In this document: in pieces, positions 36,853-46,423 of the stretch
Layout: every line of letters begins with the position of its first letter
Numbering within the stretch: the stretch's first letter is position 1
NCBI GenBank assembly: GCA_023334545.1
Contig: JAADVB010000100.1
Coordinates: 1-60,019 of the forward strand
Direction of reading: 5' to 3'
DNA from: Salisapilia sapeloensis CBS 127946
Lineage: Eukaryota; Protista; Oomycota
DNA: 60,019 nt
Notes under the pieces: generated by a model
The model's input: the letters and a program-made list of their open reading frames with translations, nothing else
Databases searched by the model: none
What the model was told of the DNA's origin: nothing
Program-made: the position numbers and the translations under genes

Positions 36853-38272
36853 TCATTCGCGCAAATTCTCTTGCCACTCTCTCTCTGCTCTCTTCAATCG
36901 ATCACGAACATTTGTATGTCCATGTCGCTCGGCAAACACAGACGCCGTTGCTCCAGACTTATCCTTTAGACACGGATTCGCTTTTAATGATAAAAGTTTA
37001 TCGACTGCATCTTCACGACCGTGATGCGCAGCTGCCATCAACGCCGTACTCTTGTCACTTTCGACACGTTGGAAATTGACGTCCATGCCGTTCTGGACGA
37101 GACTAAAGACCGAGTAAAAGTCCTCTTCCTTAAACGCCTTGTAGATCGCAGCGTCCATGGCAGAGCCTAAGACCTGGACGTTTCGATCCCTTACAGACAT
37201 GCGTTGCGATGAATCTTCTAACGGAGCTGTCGACGGCGTGCAATTTCCTTTCTGAGCACACTTGACACATACGTGACAGTATGTGCACTGCTTTGCCGAC
37301 ATGCGCTTGCATGTAGCATTGCGACAAGGCGTGCGTTCGCCATAGACCATCTGATGTCCCTTGTCCTGGATCTTTTTCTCCAACGTCGCGTTGAAGGTCG
37401 AGTTGGACGTGTTCGTGATGTACTCGGACGTATCGATACTCTCGTCTTCCATGTCTTCATCGTCATCGTCATCGTCTTTCGGTACTTCCTTACTTAGAAA
37501 ACTTTTCGGCTGGTACAACAATACCGAAGCAGAGGCTGGACGAGGAGATGTGTAGCTACTGGATGGAGTAGACGTTGTAGATGGTCTCGAGGGAGCAGCA
37601 GATGTCTGAGGACCATTCGTAGACTCGAAATGGCGGTACATGATCTTGATACGACTCCAATCAGCGGAATAATCTAGCTTAGATCATTAGAGTAAGCATA
37701 TGAGTACAATTACAAGGTGTGAACCTGATCCAGCGTTGCTAAGGAAGTCGAGGAGAGACGGGAACATGCCCATGAGGTACGCATTCTTCTTGCGCTCCGC
37801 TTCACTCTTCACACAAGTGTCCAGTATCTAGGATCAAAAGTTAAATGCATGACTAGACTAGAGCTGTAGAAGACGGACACGTAGGAGAGCTCGAACGTGC
37901 GACTGGATTTCCGTCCGCTGTCGTTCTTTTAACTGCCGGTTGCGACCTGCTTTCACGGCTAAAGCGTCCTCTAGCCATTGATGTAACACTTTTAAACCTC
38001 TTTCCAAGTAAAAACTACATGGAAAGAGATAATTAGACTCGACTCTAGCTGTAAAAGATGCATACCGAGTACGTTTGTGTATCGCTGTCACTCAAATTGG
38101 CAATCAGCATGGACAAGAGAGCTCGGTGCGTCGCCGTTTGGATCGACGGCATGAGTTTGCATAGTAGTTTGGTGCGGTCGGTGCCAACGACTTCAGCCTC
38201 ATCGTTGAGCAAGAAGCCGAGGACACTCACGACGTTCATTGCCGCTGAGTCTTCCCATATTCGAGACGGCAT
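36853..38272 (-). CDS. 419-aa protein with TFIIS-N-like helical region, Cys-rich segment and ankyrin repeats; exons 38272-38073, 38014-37879, 37827-37725, 37673-36853
   Basis: Three GT-AG introns (58, 51, 51 nt) give a 1260-nt open frame. Ankyrin consensus GMDVNFQ..STALMAAAHHGREDAVDKLLSLKANP. Cys cluster CRNATCKRMSAKQCTYCHVCVKCAQKGNC. Confidence 0.8.
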
Positions 38273-39446
38273 TGTACCACGAACTTTGGTTGCGGGGAGG
38301 AAGGTTTATCCAACTAAGTACGATCGAGGAAGATGGCATCTCGCTCGTTGATAGATGATTGATGTACGGCATCGCATGTCATGTAGGTGGACAAAAGGTA
38401 TGACATGTAATCATTGACACTTCAGTACATTTTCAATTATACTTTTGCAAATGTGTTAGATAAAGTAGAAATTTGTCTGCGGTGTCTGCTGGAAATAAAG
38501 TGGTGGAATTGATATGAGTATTCGGTGTATGTAGCGAAGCCTTGTAGTCGAGCGGGTGTAAATAGTCGACGCTTGCTAGTTTAGTTGCAGTAAGGAAATA
38601 TAGAACAGACTGTTTGCAAAGGGTTAGCAAGCATGTACAATCTATCGTTTGATATATGGAAGATTTATTAATATATTTTATTTGTTGGCTTGACCAGAAG
38701 TGTACAAACAGTAGAGGAATGCTCGGAAATGGGTTACTCAGATCCAATTTATTGACAAGAGCGACTAGCACTCTCTCTCTTTGCCTATTCACTACAATGA
38801 TCTTGTGCTTTTACCATTTATCTTATCTAGTAACTTCTGTAGACACCATGCGAGATTGTACGATGACAAGAATGAACCCAAGGTACTGAGCAGAATCACG
38901 TCCATAAATTCATCTTTATCGCACTTGGTTACAGTTGGTTTGTTTGAAAACCTACTTCTTTGCGTTGCCATGTTCAAGCATAAAGTATATGAAATGCGTC
39001 GACAGAACCGTTGACACTTGCACTCGCTCATCAATGCCACAAAGAATCTACCATTTCACCATGCCTTTAATATGCTTACCAAAGCAAATTTATTACTATC
39101 TACCTTGCTAATGTGCCAATGCAGAACGCAATCTTTACGTAATACATGTACTCTTAACCACCCCCGAAGGCAGCTTTACTGGAAACTACCATTTATTCGT
39201 ATTGTCGTTCAAATGCAGTAGCTTTGTAGTATGCCGTGGCTAGTTATCATGCAGCTTCATATTTTTTCTAGGCTCAATGTGTGTCGGCTTCGATACTATG
39301 CTTACTTTACCTGCTTCTACGAGGATGCGCTATGACGACGATTGCAATCTATATTATAGACTTATGGAAACCACAACCAAGACTACCTTTTACTTTGGGA
39401 ATACAATATTGAAACAGTGGATTATTCCCCATTGTTGGGACTCCTG

Positions 39447-40412
39447 TTAGTCAGAGTTTACAACGCTTTCGATCCAGGTTCGGACCGCCGCTATGCGAGT
39501 GAAAACGCCAGGACTGAAGCCACAGGATCCCTTCCTTCCCGACGACACGATCCCGATCACTTTATTAATGCAAATGAGTGGCGAACCAGTGTCGCCTTTG
39601 CAAGGCTCTGCTCTTGACTTAGGATTAGTAGGTTTTACGCCACATCCAGCACAGATCATGTATGTATATACCGTATACAAGTGCCATTTCTGGTATGCTG
39701 CTACCTTGAACAAATTGAGTTTTGCTTTTCGAAGCTTGGAAGGATATTTCAGCATTAAATGCTCATCAAAGTGGAGATCTCGATGAGCAACAACATTGCC
39801 CCATCTATATGTTGTAGCCGTCTTGGTCAGAGGCAGATACTTTTTCTCAGGAAACCAGTCCTTAACCTGAATATTTGCAAACTGGTGATAGTTTTCGCTG
39901 ACATCCCTTTCACGCTTAAGTGTCATTACGTTGAAATGCTTTTGAACACGATCATAGTTCGGATGAAACTCTGTCAATGTGTTCTTCACCTTGATCCGTT
40001 CACTGTCGTCTTCACCTCGGCGATCTGACGATCCAATCGATACATAGGTGATTTCTGGAGTTCCTCGAGGCTGCATTCTGCCGTTTATTTCCTCGTGATC
40101 GCTAAAACTACAGCTCGCCGCGGTGAGCACATGCCTCTTTGAAAGCAACACTCCTCCGCAGAAATTTGAACCTTCTTGTGTATCTCTCAAGCCAACCATA
40201 TATGGCACTTCTTCCATAAGGTCGACTTCATTGCTCGCGACGATGCAATTCTCTTCTTCGAGAAACATATTATTCATCGTTGCATCTACAAAGCCTCCTT
40301 CCGGAAAGGCCCCTAGATGTCTTGTAGTTGACGCGTAAGCAATCCAGGTCAAAGCATGAACGGATATCCAGACCAGTAAAGTGGTACAACGAATTCAAGT
40401 TAAATATACCAT
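39447..40412 (-). pseudogene. GIP-like catalytically dead trypsin homolog with a TGA stop at codon 6 of its signal peptide
   Basis: Trypsin fold with FCGGVLLS, TAASC (His->Ser), FNVMTLK (Asp->Asn), CKGDTGSPL (Ser->Thr), PGVFTRI. The upstream in-frame ATG at 40412 gives MVYLT*IRCTTLLVWISVHALTWIAYA, with TGA at 40397-40395. Confidence 0.82.
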
Positions 40413-41132
40413 CGTCCAAACGAATGCGTTTACTGTTCAGTAGGTTTTATAATGCTACTTCTGCAGCTATCTTTCACTGCAAGTGTATCCTTGGTATTGG
40501 CCATCATCGTTCCGATAAAACATCAAGAAAGCACTAGAATTAGCGGTTTCTGAAGCTCATATCTATAGCTTTTGACGTTGATATACCAAGTAGGATGTAT
40601 TTGTGTTGCTTTATCGAGCTTTGGATTTGTCTATCGTCGCATAGGTCCGAGGAAAATGGAATGTTGTCTGCCCGATAAGCGAAAATCATCGGTAACATGT
40701 GTCCACTAGCCTACTTGATACATAAATCAAGATAAAGTATTCTTATTCTTAAAAGAGAATACGCTACTTGATTCCTATCTTAAAAGACAAATGACAGATT
40801 TTAAATGAGCAAGGATGCTGTGGACAACTAGATCTTTAAAATTGAAATGCTCAGTCGGACAATACTTTATGACTACTTTCTAATATAATTTCTTGTGTAG
40901 TTATCCTCGACACTTGCAGTATCCAGTAGTTTCAACAGTAGTTTACGCTGCTATTGGAGCATAAGAGTCACCTGCAAGTGATTTGTAGCTTATAGATGGT
41001 CATTATAATTGTTTATTACTCCAAGACGAGGTGTCTACCAGATTACTACTTTCCATTCCCTACTTTATGTACAAAACGCATGCATTAATTCGATACAGAT
41101 ATCCCCATTCACAAACAATCCTCCGTGTCAAG

Positions 41133-41621
41133 ATGACTTCGCTGCGCGATTACGCCTTCCGTAAGTTCCAGGAAGCCAAACAGAAAAGTGTATCACTTGC
41201 TTCTTTGTCCTACGAAGCTGCGAATAGCAGTCTCAGCACATCCGGTAGCTACATCATTGACAAGACAGACAAAAAGGATACGTTTACGCTTGACAAACGA
41301 CTTGAGGAGCAACGTACGTCCCAATTAATAGCGCTTTAACTTTTATAAATAAAATAATATCATACAGGTACTATCAACGAAAAGCTTGGTGCCGTCGTCT
41401 CCGGCCAGACTTCAGACGTGCTAGAGAAGTCCGTGAATAAGCTGGAACTGATCGGTGAATCTTTAGCTTTCACCATTGAAAACATCCAAGTACGACACTA
41501 CTTCATCTACATATTTCAGAACTAACAGATCGAATAGGAAAGCGGTCACATGACGAAATTAAGTCAAAAGCAGCTTCGTGAAGCCGGAACATCAGTCGAT
41601 AGTTTTGCCTTTTATAAATGA
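41133..41621 (+). CDS. Small coiled-coil hypothetical protein (~105 aa); probable exons 41133-41244, 41368-41489, 41538-41621
   Basis: GT-AG introns 41245-41367 and 41490-41537 (the latter with ACTAAC branch site) give a 318-nt open frame. No family recognised. Confidence 0.55.
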
Positions 41622-41749
41622 GCGTAATGCCGATGGAACAATGTGAAATCAAAGCTAATATGCACATTCATCTCCTACCTCCTGCTTCCTTTCTATCTAA
41701 TATCCTATAGTCTCATCCAACAGCAAGTAGAGGTGAATCAAAGATGACA

Positions 41750-42628
41750 TTATTCTGCCGCAAGAGCTGGTTTCTTGGCCGCCGGCTCGTCCTTGCCGCT
41801 CGACTCTTCCTTCACGCGCTTCTTTCCTTTCTTCGTGCTACTCGTCTCACTCTCCGGTTCACTCTCGTTCTCTTCCGACGACGACGTATCGTTCGTGTTT
41901 CGCATGAAGAAATGCCATAATAGTCCCGCCTCTTCATTCGTCGCTTCGACGTCTCCTGCCATTTGCGCAGCAGCTTCCTCTAGCTCTTGCTTCGTGGGAA
42001 TGTGCCACCGAGCAATGCGTTTGTTCTTATTCTCGTACGCACGGTTCATATTCTTAATACTCGTTCCGGCGTTCACGAGCGAGTCGAGGAATTCACGACG
42101 GAGGTAGGCTAACTTTTGTTCCGCCCGCTGCTTGTCCTGCATGGCCTTGTGCGTATCCATCGGGAGGGTCCGGAAGATTTGTTTCCCGATCGCACTCTCG
42201 CCCTTAAGCTTCTTTGTCACCCTCATGGCTTCGCAATTTAGCTGACTCGCGAGGAACCAGCGTAGGCTCGTGCCTTCATCAATATCTAATAGACCTTTCT
42301 TGAAGCAGTGGATCAAGTGGAACGTGTACGCTTCTTCCTGTGGAGTCCACTTGCCGCTTCGTAGTCCTGGCGTGCACTTAGACTTGGTGGACCGCTTCTT
42401 TCGGAATCCAGACAAGTTCTCAGTTAATGGGAAGGATCCTTGCCGCGTCTTCGCACCGTCATTTGTTGATTCCTGGTACGCTTCTTCGGGATGCGAAGAC
42501 GCTTCTTCTTGCACGTTGAAGTTGGCAGGTTCCGTCGAGAGTGTGTCAGGCGGTAGGAGTGAAGTGTCGTGTAGATTGAACGTAGCATCGAGGGATGCAT
42601 CCTCATTGTTGTCATTTGGACTTGACAT
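41750..42628 (-). CDS. Stramenopile-type Myb/SANT-like nuclear protein (LRxGKWT family)
   Basis: LRSGKWTPQEEAYTFHLIHCFKKGLLDIDEGTSLRWFLASQLNCEAMRVTKKLKG. Basic NLS-like KKGKKRVK near the C-terminus. Confidence 0.8.
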   Translation of the reverse strand: MSSPNDNNEDASLDATFNLHDTSLLPPDTLSTEPANFNVQEEASSHPEEAYQESTNDGAKTRQGSFPLTENLSGFRKKRSTKSKCTPGLRSGKWTPQEEAYTFHLIHCFKKGLLDIDEGTSLRWFLASQLNCEAMRVTKKLKGESAIGKQIFRTLPMDTHKAMQDKQRAEQKLAYLRREFLDSLVNAGTSIKNMNRAYENKNKRIARWHIPTKQELEEAAAQMAGDVEATNEEAGLLWHFFMRNTNDTSSSEENESEPESETSSTKKGKKRVKEESSGKDEPAAKKPALAAE

Positions 42629-45029
42629 GCCTCTTGGAAGTGGATCTTGAAGTGCGGATGAAGCAAGAATTTTCGGTCGACGAGCTCTCGTGCTCGAGAT
42701 CAGGAGGTGAGGGAAGGAAGAATGTGTAGTTTGTGTTTGTCTTGAAGGGTCTTGCGATGGTGTAGACACCGCGCGTGTAGCTGCTTTTTGTGTCTTCGCG
42801 GCCGAGATAGAGATAGAGAACTGTCTGACTTCAAGCGTTGGTTTTGAAAGACTTGAATCTGGCCCGATAATGAAAGCAAGTGTAGATTGACCTTCAGTGT
42901 TCTATGGGCGTTCCGATATATTATCGTCAGTGTGACAACTTGATACGTGCTTTTCTTCCACACGTGTCTAGAAGATATTGGAGATGTTTAAAGTGCTAGA
43001 AGAAGCATTGGATCATGTACGAATGGATGCAGAAAGGAAAGCTGTCGTGAGAGAGGTGCTTTATTCATGTGGAGATGATGCTGTACTGATTTCTTCTTCA
43101 AGAACTCTATTTTTAGTCAATAAAATTCATCCACTTGTTCATTTCGACGAATCAGAGCAAGTTGAAGTTTTGCGTCCCGTTAGAATTACACGATAAATGA
43201 ATGGTCCGTGATCTTGGGGAGTAGCACGCGGGTCTGGCTCCTCGGCAGAACGAGTAGTTTGACGTGTATGTGTACTTCACAGTACTAGTGCCACGTAAGG
43301 CTCTTTTGTTGATAAGAAGGTCTCTTAGTGTGCAAATCACATTCAGTTAGCTCAACGTGTAAGTCTTGTCGTATATCCTAGTAAGAGCTCAGAGATAGCT
43401 TGTCTCGCGACAAAAGTGTACCTTGGTGCTTATAATTCTTTTTACAAGTCATTTAATTCGATAATTCATTTAAGCTTAAATAGCATACTTTTAAATGCTA
43501 TCCGTTCTTATTGTCCGAGCGGTATCCAAAGCATACGCATCATCAAAGAACTGTTTCAATGTGGTATAGGTGAAGATCTCGATCTTCATCCTTGCATGTT
43601 CCGCTTTCGGGACATATATTTGCTACTTCATGTGTGTATGACGCTTGCCAATTGTTCAAAACCTCGTATATTCTTGAAGTTACACGGAAACGTATGTGAC
43701 TCTAGTCCTTTGCATTCTCTTTGCTCCTCTTTCCGGGATAGAAGTGAGCCTACAAAAAGATGCGATCCAAACAATCCTATCAAGATACGGCATAAATGGA
43801 CAAAATGCGCAAGGTAGAGATGATATGTAGTGGACAAGCACGGGGCGTCAATACTGATTTTCGCGGAGTTGAATGCTCTATACGTGGTCGATTGAAGGGG
43901 AGAGGAGCCAGTATAGCGTCCAGTATCTTTATCGTACACTTCCAGCGAGTATAGTTTGCAATGGATAGTCAAGATCACAATTTTATAAGTATACAACGAA
44001 ATCGCATGAGTCGAGCCACTCAAGTATGAAGATTATGTTTTAGATAACAGTATAAAGCATTTATTATTCCTTTAATGCACTTGCGCGTTGAATTGTACTC
44101 GGACTATTCGTAGAATCGGAGAAGCGATCTTTGTAATTCAACATCCAGAGTACCAAACAAAACTCGAGTGCGCATGCTGTAGGTTACCAAACCATTGTAA
44201 TGATAGATGTAAATATCTTGACCCACCATTTCCTGGTTTGTCTTTAGCTGCTGAAACCATTAATAGCATAGCAAGTTCATGGACTACATAGAGAATAACC
44301 TGCCGAACAAGATATAGGAGATGAATTACGTTCGATTGTCTACGGCTTTATTGACCATGCCTTGAAGTTTAATGAAGACCTAGACAGAGTTGAGCAATTT
44401 ATAGTACAAGTCTTAGAATAAGAATGAGCACATATGGAAGTTTCTGTACTACTTATGAAGTGAATAAATCCAAACTATCCGTGCTACATCCGTGTCAAAG
44501 CTTTTAGCAAATTAATATTACAAGTCTGTAAGTAAAAAACGAAATAAAAATATATGATAAATCTTCCTATAGAAGCTTAAGATTAGGCCGCTTGCCTACG
44601 AACTGCAACGCGCAAGTCATGTTACGCAGTCTTGTGAAGAGAATCTGTACATGCATTCGTTGTATAGTATGTTTTAATGCATGTATGTCAATGGGTAGTG
44701 TATCTACAGAGCCGATGATCATGACACCAGTCGTGGTTTTGTACAAAGGGCTTACGGGCATTCCAACTTACTAGTGGATTACACGTAAAGACGAAACCTA
44801 GTACATTCATATCTACAAAACGGGATTAGAGTCTCATCATTGAGTCCCATTGTATGCATTTCAAGTAGCAACTAAACAGCTTATGTATAACAGTTAATTT
44901 GCGATGGCCTGACTAGAACTAAGCATCAACTGTCACTTTTACAATTGTAAATACGACAAGGCACTATAGTTACCATGCCAACAATTTCATTTGTCCCCTA
45001 TTAGTATGCGTTACTAGAGCGTCTTCAAT

Positions 45030-46367
45030 CTAAACCGCAATTTGATCCCCTTCTTCATCTTGTTTAGTGTCAGGAATACTGTCGTACTCGTCCACTTCCG
45101 CCAAATGACCATCCAGTAGTTTGGTTTTTTCGCTCACCGGCTCAGCATTGATGCCCAACTTGAAGCGTCGACACTGCGAAGAAGTTGCAGATGATACACT
45201 TGACGTTCCGGATTGTGATCGACTTCGTCCTGACACTTCACTGCCATGTACAGAAGTCGGTGGGTCGGCCGCAAGGAAAGACTGGTCTAGGCCTGTAGCT
45301 TTCAAGAATGCCTGGAAGGTTGTTTCAAGTCCTCGTTGACACTCGCGAATGCTTTTACGGAATGTATCCATCGGCTTGGATGACTTTGACAGCGTGCTGT
45401 CTCGGTGCAGAGGCAGCTCTAGAATAGCACAGAGTCTTACTATTGAAAATAGAATGACACTGACGATAGCTACCCACAAACATGTCGAGTAAGCATAAAA
45501 AGGAGCTGCGAGAATGGAGAATAGAAAGAGATAGAGAACGATGGCGATAAAGCCCATGGAATGCAACATCCGATGGAGTGGTGTGACTGGACCAGCCACA
45601 TCGTAGAGCTTAGTGATGGTTTCGCGTAGCTTTTCTAGCGTTTCGTACAGCTGGAATGCCTGCGCTTCGGTTAAATATTTCTTTCGATCAGCTTTTCCAA
45701 TCGCTCGATGAAGCCATACTTCCACTAGACGCAGTCGCTTCATGTTCGCGTCTTCTTCCGGATACACGTCGATAGTCCACTCACCACCCTTGTTGCTAGT
45801 GTCAGATGCTGGTGGTGTGATGATGTGACTCATTTCCTTCTTATTAAGATGAGGGGATAGCGATTGAGCCCATTCCATTCCGTTTTCAGCCGACTCGAGC
45901 GCTTCGTATACACGAGCTCGAGAGGCTTCGCACCCAACTACCAAGTACGATTGCAAGTACCTGTATACGTCCTTCAAAAAGTGGCATTGCTCTCGATTGC
46001 GAACCAAGTGATCGCTTCTATCTGATTTACGAATGCGTATCGAGGCTAAAGTAAGTTGCAACATGGAATGCGACTGAGCTGAAAGGAGTTGGACAGACGA
46101 TTGCATCACACGGTAGCACTTTGCATAGCCATAAGCAAGACGAGCGCAGCACATTGCCGTGAAAAGAAGAAAGCCAAGCCAAGGCGATGGCAGCGAACCA
46201 GTAGTCGCCTCTCCGAAGTTTCGATATAAAGCGACATGAGCGAAAGACAAAGTAGTCATTACTCCTGCTTGCATTAGCACAGGCATTGCATCTATCTCCG
46301 CGACGTAGCCCACGGACTGGAGCTCGCCATTGCGCAGAGAATGAGTTAAGAGCGCTCGAAAGCTCAT
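45030..46367 (-). CDS. Divergent bestrophin-like (UPF0187/YneE-type) membrane protein; start codon uncertain
   Basis: N-terminal TM pair ending LGFLLF, soluble helical middle, C-terminal TM pair TPLHRMLH..ILFSIVRLCAILELPL resembling the YneE TP..LEDPF region. Confidence 0.62.
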   Translation of the reverse strand: MSFRALLTHSLRNGELQSVGYVAEIDAMPVLMQAGVMTTLSFAHVALYRNFGEATTGSLPSPWLGFLLFTAMCCARLAYGYAKCYRVMQSSVQLLSAQSHSMLQLTLASIRIRKSDRSDHLVRNREQCHFLKDVYRYLQSYLVVGCEASRARVYEALESAENGMEWAQSLSPHLNKKEMSHIITPPASDTSNKGGEWTIDVYPEEDANMKRLRLVEVWLHRAIGKADRKKYLTEAQAFQLYETLEKLRETITKLYDVAGPVTPLHRMLHSMGFIAIVLYLFLFSILAAPFYAYSTCLWVAIVSVILFSIVRLCAILELPLHRDSTLSKSSKPMDTFRKSIRECQRGLETTFQAFLKATGLDQSFLAADPPTSVHGSEVSGRSRSQSGTSSVSSATSSQCRRFKLGINAEPVSEKTKLLDGHLAEVDEYDSIPDTKQDEEGDQIAV

Positions 46368-46423
46368 ATTCAAAAGTGGATTCTAGGAAGCGATTGCGTA
46401 AACAATTTAAACTTGAGATACCT

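Noticed and set aside
36731-37079. TOP1 C-terminal extension overlapping the ankyrin gene, as in the ORF track
   Set aside because: It results from reading through the 53-nt intron. The spliced product stops at 36820.
38656-39450. Long stop-poor plus frame as a gene or pseudogene
   Set aside because: No recognisable motifs or coding-like composition. Left unassigned.
42978-44023. ORFs 42978-43196, 43416-43817 and 43628-44023 as genes
   Set aside because: No coherent exon chain or homology could be built by eye.
46286-46373. Overlapping CDSs of APEH and the bestrophin-like gene
   Set aside because: The overlap exists only with TTG starts. ATG starts do not overlap.
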